NCBI GenBank assembly: GCA_003280965.1
Contig: QCDI01000001.1
Location: forward strand, 192,001-256,000
DNA length: 64,000 nt
Origin: Prochlorococcus sp. AG-355-B18
GTDB lineage: Bacteria > Cyanobacteriota > Cyanobacteriia > PCC-6307 > Cyanobiaceae
Direction of reading: 5' to 3'
The notes below the pieces were generated by a model. It saw only the letters and a program-made list of their open reading frames with translations. It ran no database searches and was not told the origin of the DNA. This document shows, in pieces, positions 9,808 to 19,386 of this stretch (positions are counted from its first letter, which is position 1; each line of letters starts with the position of its first letter). Position numbers and translations under genes: made by a program.

Positions 9808-11144
9808 TTATCAAAGCCTTCTTGCATCTCTTTCTCATTTAGATTTCTACCGATAAAAACAAGTTGATTTCTACGGGGTTCGTTACCCCATTCTTTGTCA
9901 GGTTGTGCAGTAAATAACATATGAACTCCTTGAAAAACTATTCTCCTTGGGTTCCCTGAGTAACTTATGAAACCTTTAGTTCTGAATATATCAACCCCTT
10001 TTTCTGATAGAAGTCTTCCCATCCAAGTATTTAGTTTTTCTGGGTCAACATCTCCAAAACGCTCTATAGCAATTGAGCTTACTTCATCATCATGTTCGTG
10101 CTCTGCTTGCCAGAATCTTTCAGTATTAAATGGAATCTCTTTATTTTCGTTACTTTTAATGACTTTCATATTGAATTCTTCAGCGGTGTGCTGTGTAAAC
10201 AAACCTATTTTTGTTGGTTTTTCTATGTTCAGGATGAAGGATTTATTTCCTTTATCCTCCAATTTGAGATTTATATGTTCTCCATATGGAATGGTATTTC
10301 CAGGATCTAAACTATTTGCTTTTTCTGCATAAAGTCTCACGGAGGATTCAGCACCATCTTTAAGTTCCTCTTCACTCTCTCCTTGGTTAGCGAGGGCTAC
10401 TAAGGACATTTCTGGATCGGGTCCTTCTTCAAGCATTAATTCATATTTACCTGCATCAAGATCGTAAACACCTGTCCATTCAAAAGGATATTCTGGTTCA
10501 AGGAATGTTGGCCTGCGTTTAAGGATCTGATCAAGATCAAATGCACTTAGATTTAAGACTGTTTCAATTGGTACTTTGGCATTCTCAGCTCTAATAATTC
10601 GGGTCATTCGGTTCATATCTCTCAATCTCGATTCAAGAGTATCTAGTGCATCATCAGAGACTAAATCAGTTTTATTAAGGACAAGAACATCTGCAAATGC
10701 CACTTGTTCTGAACTTTCATCATTCCTGCCTAGCTGTTGATCAATATGAGCAGCATCAACTAAAGTCACAATTCCATCAAGAGTAAATTCAGAACTAATT
10801 TCTTCATCCATGAAAAATGTCTGAGCAACTGGGCCTGGATCTGCTAATCCTGTCGTTTCTACTAAAACATAGTCAAACTTATCTCTTCTTTTCATAAGGT
10901 TGCCAAGGATTCTTATTAAATCGCCGCGAACAGTGCAACAAATGCACCCGTTTGACATCTCAAACACTTCTTCATCTGCATTAATTACGAGCCCTTGATC
11001 TATACCAACTTCACCGTATTCATTTTCAATTACTGCTATTCTTTTCCCGTGCTCTTCACTCAATATTCTATTAAGCAAAGTAGTCTTCCCTGAACCTAAA
11101 AATCCAGTGAGAATAGTAACAGGAACTTTATCTTGGATGCTCAT
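9795..11144 (-). CDS. COG0523/CobW-family metallochaperone GTPase
   Basis: TGFLGSGKTT, GCICCTV, ETTGLADP, NKTD, and C-terminal CobW_C region. Confidence 0.95.
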   Translation of the reverse strand: MSIQDKVPVTILTGFLGSGKTTLLNRILSEEHGKRIAVIENEYGEVGIDQGLVINADEEVFEMSNGCICCTVRGDLIRILGNLMKRRDKFDYVLVETTGLADPGPVAQTFFMDEEISSEFTLDGIVTLVDAAHIDQQLGRNDESSEQVAFADVLVLNKTDLVSDDALDTLESRLRDMNRMTRIIRAENAKVPIETVLNLSAFDLDQILKRRPTFLEPEYPFEWTGVYDLDAGKYELMLEEGPDPEMSLVALANQGESEEELKDGAESSVRLYAEKANSLDPGNTIPYGEHINLKLEDKGNKSFILNIEKPTKIGLFTQHTAEEFNMKVIKSNENKEIPFNTERFWQAEHEHDDEVSSIAIERFGDVDPEKLNTWMGRLLSEKGVDIFRTKGFISYSGNPRRIVFQGVHMLFTAQPDKEWGNEPRRNQLVFIGRNLNEKEMQEGFDKCLI

Positions 11145-11221
11145 TTACTGATTTTTACTAAATAAACAATAGTTTAATAATAGTAATAATTATAAATGAA
11201 AACCGTTTTTACTAGAAAAAT

Positions 11222-12730
11222 TTAATCTGAAAGTTTGTACCATTCAGATTCAAGATTGGAGCCAGATTCTTTATCGCAGCTTCCGCCTAATGAATCAACA
11301 ATTGTACAAGTGTTGTGTACAGCTACTGAAACAGTATTACCATCCATCATCAATCCATCAACAAATATTTGATTAGGAGAAATAGGAATAGAACTTTGTC
11401 TGCTTAGATTTCTTAACAGTTTGGAAGCAGGTTTTTGCTCTGGGAAAAGAGCCAAAACATTATCTTCTTTAAGTTCTTTAAGTACAGACTTTATATTTTC
11501 CGGTCTTAAGCTTGAGGAGTCTCCAAGAAAGTCAAGTAAACTAATGGTTTCAAAACCAAAAGCATCACCGTAGTATTCCATCGCCTTGTGTTTAGACACA
11601 ATTACTCTGTTCTCCTCAGGAATGGAGCCTACTTGTTCGACGATCCAACTATCCAAGTCTTCCAAGATAGAATCAGCCTTTTCAAATCTTTCATTAATTT
11701 GCTTTCTTATGCTTCTCTTAGAAGCATCCTTCTTTAAACTTTCGTTTATAACATTTCCCATTTTTATAATGTTATGAGGATCATGCCAGACATGAGGATC
11801 TAGTCCTCCATGGTCATGATGATGATGCCCCTCTCCTTCATCTGGTACTTGTGCTATTGGCTCTACATCACTATTCAATGCGTCTTTAAAAAAGTGCTCA
11901 TTTGCCTCAAACTCAAAAGGCATGTGTTCAGTAAAAAATGTGTACTGACCATCTTCTTTAATTTCCACGTTGAAAACTGTGCTTTCTTTTCGTTGATCGA
12001 AGTTAAGCACAAAAGCTTTATCACTTGCAGTAAGAGTCCCATTATTATTTCTCCTTGTTGAGAATCTAGATCCTAATAGTTCTTTAGCTAAATCTTCCGA
12101 TCCCTCTATGTCATTAGATTTTAGAATTACCATTTTCATTGCTGGATCTGCATATTCGCCATCAACTTTTGCGAATGACCATTTGTAGGATCCTTTAGAT
12201 AACTGGAATTTACCTGCCCATTCGAAAGCTCCTTCAGCGTGGTCATCATGTCCACCATGATCTGAGTGACCGTCATGACCTCCATGATCAGAGTGGTCAT
12301 CTACCTTAGCTGAATGTTCAGCGTGATCATCATGTCCCGCATGATCAGAGTGGTCATCTACATTTATTGCGCTAACACCTATAACAACTGTTTGCTTTTT
12401 GCTTTCCCAATTTCTCATACTTGGAGTCATTTCTTTACCAAGAGTGAATACTTTATCGGCGTTATTAAGTAATTGAGCTTGTCTTGGATTGATCTTAAAG
12501 TCATGAACATCCTGCTTTCTATCTACTAAGCATGTAACTTCGTCAGAAGGTAATGCAATTGATTTAACTAAATCACAAACTAGTGGTTCTACTGCTACGT
12601 ATGACTTTTCCTTAGCCAAAACATCCTGCCCAAAACCAGAAAATATTATTGTTCCTGCTATCACGGAATTTTTGATAATTGAATTAGTTGAACTTGTTTT
12701 ATTTGTTAAAAGTCTTTCCAAAATTGACAT
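11222..12730 (-). CDS. znuA: Zn/Mn ABC transporter substrate-binding protein (ZnuA-like) with His/Asp-rich loop and inserted domain
   Basis: DVHDF, DPHVWHDP, SKHKAMEYY cluster A-I motifs; DDHSDHGGH repeats. Confidence 0.85.
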   Translation of the reverse strand: MSILERLLTNKTSSTNSIIKNSVIAGTIIFSGFGQDVLAKEKSYVAVEPLVCDLVKSIALPSDEVTCLVDRKQDVHDFKINPRQAQLLNNADKVFTLGKEMTPSMRNWESKKQTVVIGVSAINVDDHSDHAGHDDHAEHSAKVDDHSDHGGHDGHSDHGGHDDHAEGAFEWAGKFQLSKGSYKWSFAKVDGEYADPAMKMVILKSNDIEGSEDLAKELLGSRFSTRRNNNGTLTASDKAFVLNFDQRKESTVFNVEIKEDGQYTFFTEHMPFEFEANEHFFKDALNSDVEPIAQVPDEGEGHHHHDHGGLDPHVWHDPHNIIKMGNVINESLKKDASKRSIRKQINERFEKADSILEDLDSWIVEQVGSIPEENRVIVSKHKAMEYYGDAFGFETISLLDFLGDSSSLRPENIKSVLKELKEDNVLALFPEQKPASKLLRNLSRQSSIPISPNQIFVDGLMMDGNTVSVAVHNTCTIVDSLGGSCDKESGSNLESEWYKLSD

Positions 12731-12747
12731 AAAAAATAATTAAATAC

Positions 12748-12770
12748 TTAAAAATGATAATCATTTTCAT
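12748..12770. promoter_or_regulatory. Zur/Fur-type operator
   Basis: Perfect inverted repeat AAAATGAT-A-ATCATTTT (12751-12767) between the divergent SBP and ATPase genes; fits the cyanobacterial Zur core AATGATNATCATT. Confidence 0.8.
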
Positions 12771-12865
12771 TATTCAAAGCAAGTAAAGGTATCAAATGTT
12801 ATGAAAATAATATGAAACTTGTATTATTGGTAAGCTTATAAAGTGACTTTTTTAAAGATTAATTA

Positions 12866-13636
12866 ATGGCTACTTTAGTCGCTGAAAATTTAACCTATTC
12901 ATACACAAAAAAAAGTAAGCCAGTTTTAAGTAAGGTATCGGTTGAGATTAAACCTGGGACTCTAACAGCGCTAGTTGGTCCAAACGGAGCTGGCAAATCT
13001 ACTCTTTTAAGAATATTGCAGGGACAATGTATTCCGGATAATGGCCAGATAACAATTGACGGGGAGAAGTTAATTAGACAAAGATCTCAAGTCTCACTTA
13101 TGCCACAAAGAAGCTCTATGAATTGGAAATTTCCAATAACTGTAGAAAAACTAGTTTCATTAGGACAAATAAAATACTCAAAATCAAAAAGTAGTAGTCC
13201 TTTTCAAATAAAAGCTCTTCTTGCCAACCCTAATGCATGGATTAATAAATGCTGCGAATTAGAGGCCACAATGCAAAGAGTCGGCATTGCAAATATTGCT
13301 AACAGAAGGCTTGATTCTTTATCTGGTGGACAACAACAAAGAGCTTTATTAGCCAAAACATTAATGTCTCCAGCAAAAATTTACCTTCTTGATGAACCTT
13401 GTGCAGCTTTAGATCCACCTGCAAAGGAGGATTTTCTAAAAATTGTTCGTCAACTTGCTGATGCTGGTCTTTCTTTAATGGTAAGCAGTCATGATTGGGG
13501 CACTTCGTTAAATAGTTATGATCAAGTTATTGTTTTGGATAAAGCTGTATTGGCCTCTGGAAGTCCTGATTCTATAAAAGATAAATTAGAGGATATAAAT
13601 ATCAGCTCAATTGAGGATAATAGTTGTTGTGATTAA
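12866..13636 (+). CDS. znuC: metal ABC transporter ATP-binding subunit
   Basis: GPNGAGKST, LSGGQQQR, LLDEP, SSHD. Confidence 0.88.
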   Translation: MATLVAENLTYSYTKKSKPVLSKVSVEIKPGTLTALVGPNGAGKSTLLRILQGQCIPDNGQITIDGEKLIRQRSQVSLMPQRSSMNWKFPITVEKLVSLGQIKYSKSKSSSPFQIKALLANPNAWINKCCELEATMQRVGIANIANRRLDSLSGGQQQRALLAKTLMSPAKIYLLDEPCAALDPPAKEDFLKIVRQLADAGLSLMVSSHDWGTSLNSYDQVIVLDKAVLASGSPDSIKDKLEDINISSIEDNSCCD

Positions 13637-13650
13637 AAAAATATTTAGTT

Positions 13651-14085
13651 TTAACTTTGTGCTTGATAGCAGTTCTGGCAAAGTCCAAAATACTCCAGGG
13701 TATGAAACAACAATTGGAATTTCTTTGGATTTGTTTTGGGTGTATGAATATCTTTTACAGGGCACCCTTCCATTTTTGATGTCTCACCACATTGAACACA
13801 AGTCAAATGATGAATGTCTCTGTCTACGGGAGTGTAAAGAACCTCTCCTGTTGGGAGATGTCTAGAACGTATTAAACCATGCTTTATAAGAACTTGAAGA
13901 TTCCTGTAAACAGTTGTCAGTCCCATAGCTTTTCCGCTTTCAATCAATTGTCTATGCAACTCTTGACCGCTCAGTTCATCATCACATTTATTAAGTTCTT
14001 CAAGAAGTTGTTCTTGTCTTTTGGTAATGTCAGTCTTAGTTACCATTGTTTTCGAAATCTTTTTTTGTCCCGTATTTTTGATCAT
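13651..14085 (-). CDS. Fur-family metalloregulator
   Basis: GLTTVYRNL winged HTH, HHLTCVQCG, GLCQNC; true start is probably later (about 14046); metal specificity cannot be assigned. Confidence 0.9.
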   Translation of the reverse strand: MIKNTGQKKISKTMVTKTDITKRQEQLLEELNKCDDELSGQELHRQLIESGKAMGLTTVYRNLQVLIKHGLIRSRHLPTGEVLYTPVDRDIHHLTCVQCGETSKMEGCPVKDIHTPKTNPKKFQLLFHTLEYFGLCQNCYQAQS

Positions 14086-14102
14086 ACCGAATCCTTAGAT
14101 TA

Positions 14103-14888
14103 ATGTCTTTTATTAATAGCAGTTGGTGGCTTGTTCCTTTAATAATAACTATTTTTTCAGGAATTCTTTGTCCAGCTATGGGAACTGTATTAATAACACA
14201 TAGGAGATTACTTCAAGTAAATTTAATCTCTCACTGCGTTTTGCCAGGGCTTGCTTTAGCATTGGCGCTTGGAATTAATCCTTCAATTGGTGGGGTTATC
14301 AGTGGTCTTTTAGGTTCTGTAATTGCAGAAAGTTTAACTAATAAAAAGAGTGAAAACTATGAAGCAATAATGAACACAATATTAGCCGGAATGCTTGGTT
14401 TTGGAGTCCTTATAATCCCTTTACTCGGAATAAGGATTGATTTGGAGGCAGTATTATTTGGCGATTTATTGACAGCAAATTTTGGAGATTTACTTAGAAC
14501 AATAATTGCTTTTTTAGTATTTATACTTTTAATGACTTTTGGATATGAAAAGGTTGTTTATGTTGGATTAGATCCAGAAGGTGCATCCGCGAGTGGTATA
14601 AACGTTTCTTTATTAAATCTTGCTTTGAGTTTTACAACGGCATTAGTAATTGTTAGTTCAATGTCAGCAGTGGGAGTGATTCTTGTTATTGCTCTTCTTT
14701 CTACCCCAACACTGTTAGGGCTTAATAAGGCTCATAGTTTAAGAATTGCAATGATGAGGTCTTCCTTTTTTGGATTATGTATATCACTTCTGGGCTTTAT
14801 TCTCTCTATAGTCTTTAATTTGTCGCCTGGACCTGCAATTAGTGTTATTTGTGTCGCATCTCTTTTGATTCCTAAACTTCGTAAATAA
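14103..14888 (+). CDS. znuB: metal ABC transporter permease
   Basis: ISHCVLPG, LFGDLL, AVGVILV ABC-3 motifs. Confidence 0.88.
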   Translation: MSFINSSWWLVPLIITIFSGILCPAMGTVLITHRRLLQVNLISHCVLPGLALALALGINPSIGGVISGLLGSVIAESLTNKKSENYEAIMNTILAGMLGFGVLIIPLLGIRIDLEAVLFGDLLTANFGDLLRTIIAFLVFILLMTFGYEKVVYVGLDPEGASASGINVSLLNLALSFTTALVIVSSMSAVGVILVIALLSTPTLLGLNKAHSLRIAMMRSSFFGLCISLLGFILSIVFNLSPGPAISVICVASLLIPKLRK

Positions 14889-15035
14889 TTAAATCTTAAA
14901 TGTCCAATCAGAGTTTAATGCTTGAGCTTCTGGATTGTTTTTTAAAGCTACTTCCATAGCCTCTTTTTTATTATTAGCTATAACAACTTCATCAAATTCC
15001 TTTCCATTTTTTTTGAGACTTACTTTGAAACGCAT
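14889..15035 (-). CDS. 48-aa hypothetical protein (not in ORF track)
   Basis: Manual translation MRFKVSLKKNGKEFDEVVIANNKKEAMEVALKNNPEAQALNSDWTFKI. Confidence 0.55.
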   Translation of the reverse strand: MRFKVSLKKNGKEFDEVVIANNKKEAMEVALKNNPEAQALNSDWTFKI

Positions 15036-15119
15036 AAAAAAATTTTTAATTAATCAAAAGTTAACCACTAATCAACTAGATTTAAATACTTTTAAAAGTT
15101 AATTGATGAAATAGAAACT

Positions 15120-15368
15120 TTAGTTATTTTGAAGTTTTTCTACTACAGATTCTTTCTCAATTTTAGCTACATCCTGTAATCCATTAGCATCAAACCAAGG
15201 AGCGTTTTCCCAATTAAATCCTTCGCCAAACGTATTATCGGGAGCAGCTACGTACCAGTGACATGATGTATCGGGAACATCCACAGCACATTTTGACCAG
15301 TCAGCCTCCCATTGTGGAACTTGTACCCACATAACAGACGCTAATAAAAAAGAAAAAATAAAATTCAT
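15120..15368 (-). CDS. small secreted Trp/Cys-rich protein
   Basis: VQVPQWEADWSKCAVDVPDTSCHWYV; signal-like N-terminus. Confidence 0.7.
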   Translation of the reverse strand: MNFIFSFLLASVMWVQVPQWEADWSKCAVDVPDTSCHWYVAAPDNTFGEGFNWENAPWFDANGLQDVAKIEKESVVEKLQNN

Positions 15369-15849
15369 AATTATCGGTTAGCAAAATTTTGAAAGATTTT
15401 TTTCACATTCTTTCTTTCTTTTCTTCCAGTAATTCTCAAGTATTTGATATTTATGCTTATTTTTAAATTGACTTAAATGAATATTATTCTGATTAAGAAC
15501 TGAAGTATTTTTGATTTTCATGACTCAGGCTGTCTATGTAGAACATATTTAAGACACTTTATAGATTTTTTGAAGTGAATTTATACTTAATTTTTGTCTT
15601 ACTTTTGTGAAGGTAAGTATTTTTCGGGATTATTTTCAATATAAGTTAGCGAATATTTGACAACAACCACTATTACTGAAAAAAGAGCAATTGCCGAAAT
15701 AATAAAAATGATTTTTTTGTAAATGTTTTTCATGAATTTTTTATGTTTTTGATTATTTTTTTCATCAACGCCCAATTTCTCAGAGAGATTTAAATAATTA
15801 GTAATTTATACTGTAGCCTTTTAAATTACCTACGGAGTAAATTAAAGAC

Positions 15850-15920
15850 ATCAGAAACTCCTCACACACTTTTTTCTGATAACTTTAAAAGTACTCGACC
15901 GCAATGTTTGAGTACTTTTT
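15850..15920 (+). ncRNA. Yfr1/Yfr10-like sRNA
   Basis: Conserved Yfr1 motif ACTCCTCACAC (15857-15867) in the loop of an ATCAGAAA/TTTCTGAT stem, followed by terminator AAAAGTACTCGA..TTGAGTACTTTTT. Confidence 0.8.
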
Positions 15921-15999
15921 GTATTTTTTGCGATGTGACAGTTAAGATAGAGGCCTATTAGGCATTACATATTTTGGAATTAGGTGTGATATTAGAAAT

Positions 16000-16094
16000 G
16001 TGTGTAGGAGGAATTGATTTATTTCAGTGGAAACAAGGAAACACTTGATATAAATCATTTTTTAAAGATCTCTCTCTGAGGGATCTTTTTTTTT
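16000..16094 (+). ncRNA. yfr2: Yfr2-family (Cyano-1) sRNA
   Basis: 5' GTGTGTAGGAG, central stem with GGAAACAAGGAAACA loop, terminator AAAGATCTCTC..GAGGGATCTTTTTT. Confidence 0.88.
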
Positions 16095-16200
16095 GGAATT
16101 TTTAGAAATACATATATGCTCTCTTCCAAAATAATTAGACACTTCATTACAAATAGGTAATTTAATTCGTTAGATTATGATTCGTTAAATTCTTCTGTTA

Positions 16201-16584
16201 ATGAAAATAATTTTTTTAGCAATTTTAGTTTGTTCAAACTTTTTATTCCCTTCTTCATCATTTGCCTCACATGTAGAACTAAAACCATGTGTAGAGATAG
16301 CTCATTGTGTACGAGAAGAATGGGAGGTTAACAATATTGAGAAACCTTTTGAAGAGATTAAAACATTTATCGAAAATACTCCAAGAACTGAGATTGTAGA
16401 AATTGATGGCGATTATCTTCATGCTGAGGCTACCAGTAAATGGATGAAGTATGTTGACGACTTAGAAGTATCATTTCTACCTGAATCAAACATCTTATCA
16501 ATAAGATCTGAATCAAGAGTTGGAGAAAGTGATTTGGGAGTGAATCAAAAAAGAGTTGATTTACTAAAATCGAAAATGTTTTAG
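16201..16584 (+). CDS. DUF1499 domain protein
   Basis: YVDDLE...IRSESRVGESDLGVNQKRV. Confidence 0.88.
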   Translation: MKIIFLAILVCSNFLFPSSSFASHVELKPCVEIAHCVREEWEVNNIEKPFEEIKTFIENTPRTEIVEIDGDYLHAEATSKWMKYVDDLEVSFLPESNILSIRSESRVGESDLGVNQKRVDLLKSKMF

Positions 16585-16725
16585 GAAGAAAGTTTTAATT
16601 ATCGAATTTTGTCTATATTGTTTTTTGTATAATTTTCCCACTTCAAAAAAAATTTAGCAGATAAAAAAGTGATAATTATCATCATGCCTTGATAAGGGCA
16701 AATTTATTAGATTTTCATTAAAAGG

Positions 16726-17010
16726 ATGATCATAAATCTTTTATATTTATTGTTATCGAGTTTTGTTTTTTTCTGGTTTTATATAAACATTAAAAAAAAT
16801 GGACTTAAATGGATAATCAAAGGTCTTTTGCAAATTGGAATATTGGTATTGTTCATTGGAGGGTTTTTCAAAATATTTTTCACATTACCCCCAAATTTAT
16901 TTATAAAAATAATTTTTCTTATTACTTATACATGGTGCACTGTTGGAATTAATGTAAATTTCATGATCCCTTTGATTAGTCTGATTGACCAAAAAATAGT
17001 AAAAAAATAA
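16726..17010 (+). CDS. hypothetical membrane protein
   Basis: 3 TM segments. Confidence 0.55.
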   Translation: MIINLLYLLLSSFVFFWFYINIKKNGLKWIIKGLLQIGILVLFIGGFFKIFFTLPPNLFIKIIFLITYTWCTVGINVNFMIPLISLIDQKIVKK

Positions 17011-17225
17011 AACTAAATATGCCTTAATTCTTATTAAAAAAATAAATATATTTCCTTAATCTGCAATATTAAAATTTATTAGATTTATTTTTTCCCTTTT
17101 GAAAGTCTTTTTCTTGTATACCTAGTCTTTAATGCCAAGTCTGTCATTATATATATTCCAAATAAAAGAATGACTATTCCAATAAAGTATTTCATTTTTT
17201 TTTATGTAATTACTATTTTTAAGAT

Positions 17226-17633
17226 CTATTCATAATGCCAACTAATTTTAATATCTATTTCTTCAGATAAATTTCTAGTAACTGGACATTCTTTGGAAGC
17301 TTTTTTCAAAAAATCAATAGTTTCATTAGAAGTGCTCTCTGGTAAAAAAATATCTATTATTAGTTCTTTTATCTTCCTCTCGCTATTTTGTGTCATTAGT
17401 TTTTCAATATTTAAATATATACCTTTCAAATCAAATCCTTTTGATTTGGCTTTGATTGCCATAATGGTTAGCAGGCAAGTACCTAGTGATGTCGCTAATA
17501 AATCAGTTGGGGAAAAACTTTCACCTTTACCACAGTGATCTAAAGGTGCATCCGTTCTAATAAGACTCCCAGATTGTAGATGAATAGCTTCACAGTTTAA
17601 ATTTCCTAAATAAGAACATTTCACTTTAGTCAT
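17226..17633 (-). CDS. OsmC/Ohr-family protein
   Basis: TDAP..G..FSPTDLLATSLGTC and CPV motifs. Confidence 0.9.
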   Translation of the reverse strand: MTKVKCSYLGNLNCEAIHLQSGSLIRTDAPLDHCGKGESFSPTDLLATSLGTCLLTIMAIKAKSKGFDLKGIYLNIEKLMTQNSERKIKELIIDIFLPESTSNETIDFLKKASKECPVTRNLSEEIDIKISWHYE

Positions 17634-17764
17634 TTTAAAAAAATTAAATTAGGAAAATATTATTAATAGGAAAAAAATTATGGAACATAACAATATTATT
17701 AATCAGAAATTTTTATCTGCATATTAGTGGAGGATTAAGGAAAATCATCATTCAAGTTTTGAAA

Positions 17765-18007
17765 TCAGTTTTTATATCCATATTCCTCTAAGCAATATTC
17801 AATTAATTCAATTGATTTATTAAGTGTTCTTTTATTTTTATTTTCTAGATCAAAGCATTCATTTAAAACACGTATGGATTCATTTAAGAATGATTTTTCT
17901 TTATTTTTTAAATCTTGGACTTGATTTATATAAATTAACTTTTTAATCCCAATAAAGGAAAATATGATTATTGATATTGTAAGAATTGCTATTTTGACTT
18001 TATACAT
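17765..18007 (-). CDS. hypothetical protein with TM anchor
   Basis: ORF track. Confidence 0.5.
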   Translation of the reverse strand: MYKVKIAILTISIIIFSFIGIKKLIYINQVQDLKNKEKSFLNESIRVLNECFDLENKNKRTLNKSIELIEYCLEEYGYKN

Positions 18008-18288
18008 ATTATTAGTTATTACAAATATTTTAAGTTATTTAATATCTAAAAACTTTACATAGGAGATGGAACTAAGTAATTACATATGTAGCTGCTGTTA
18101 TTGCAATAGCAGTAATTGAAATGAAGATGTATGGAACAACCTTTAAAGGTATATATAGATTATTTTTAGACATAACTAAAACTTTATGTAAACTCTTACA
18201 TTTTCTTTAAAGTTTATAAGTCTTCAAATATACAAATTAATTTTTTTTGCAAAAATTCAATTCTTTTAAAAGATAAACAAATTTATAT

Positions 18289-18495
18289 TTATTGAATTTT
18301 CATTAAATAAAGTATCTCTAAATCCTGTCTTGAGTCTGATATTTTTCTTTTTAAGAAGATTAATTCTTCTTGGCTCAATTTTGATTCTTTTATCATTAAT
18401 TCTGCTTGTTTGATAGCATGTTCAATATTTCTAATTTTTATGTCTCTTATTGAGGGATCTTCTTTACATGCTTTTTTAGTATTTGCATCCAACAT
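18289..18495 (-). CDS. hypothetical protein
   Basis: ORF track; helical composition. Confidence 0.55.
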   Translation of the reverse strand: MLDANTKKACKEDPSIRDIKIRNIEHAIKQAELMIKESKLSQEELIFLKRKISDSRQDLEILYLMKIQ

Positions 18496-18673
18496 ATAAG
18501 ATAAAAATCACCTTTACTATAAACTAAGTTAAAACTCCATAATCTTGCTATCGCAAATTAAATTTAAATAAATTATCATTGCTTTAGGAACTTTAACCTT
18601 AGCTAACCCTCTCTTCAATTGATCGAGTGGGTTTTTTTTATGGTGTAATATACTCCTAGCATTTAATACTAAT

Positions 18674-19048
18674 TTGGAAGATTCAAAACTTAATCCTGAG
18701 GAAAATAATTCAACCGAATCGGCCTCCAATTTGAATGAGGAAAATAGAGATCTTAAGGAGGGGAATAAAAAAGAAGAAAATGTTAAGGCATTTACAGAAT
18801 TTCTAGAGAAAGCAAGTAATCAAGATTCTTCAGAGGAAAAAGTAAAACTTGATTCTGAACAACAAAACCTAAAAATTGACAAATCACTTTTTAAACAATT
18901 CCTTAATAATGGATTTGATGGCATTTCAACTAATCCAAACTATAAAATGTTGGCATTACTAATAATCCTTTTAATTAATTTGTCTCTATTTTTTGTAATT
19001 GGCAATATGGGTAAGGCGTTTTTAAGAAATGCAGGAATTATGGGTTAG
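18674..19048 (+). CDS. hypothetical protein, acidic N-terminus and C-terminal TM
   Basis: ORF track. Confidence 0.6.
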   Translation: MEDSKLNPEENNSTESASNLNEENRDLKEGNKKEENVKAFTEFLEKASNQDSSEEKVKLDSEQQNLKIDKSLFKQFLNNGFDGISTNPNYKMLALLIILLINLSLFFVIGNMGKAFLRNAGIMG

Positions 19049-19386
19049 AAATTATTTATTTCTTTTTGGGTATTCATCTTTACAATTTTGATTCTTAAAA
19101 TAAAACTGTGATATTTTCTTGTCAAATTAATATTTAAATAAAATTTGGATAATAAAGAGCCGGAAAATCCAGTCGTTTATCTTTCTAATTTAGTCAAGAA
19201 ATTAGATGTAAAGAACAGAAATGGTTTAGTAGCCTTAGCAATAGTAAACCTTTTAGTTATTCTTTTATTTAAATTTTATTTGAAAGGATCTGGATTATTA
19301 TCTTGAATTTGCCTGCTGGTCTTATAATTCTGCATTTTTAATGGATTTATTCTATAAATTACTAAAAATATAAGTCAGTCTTTTAA

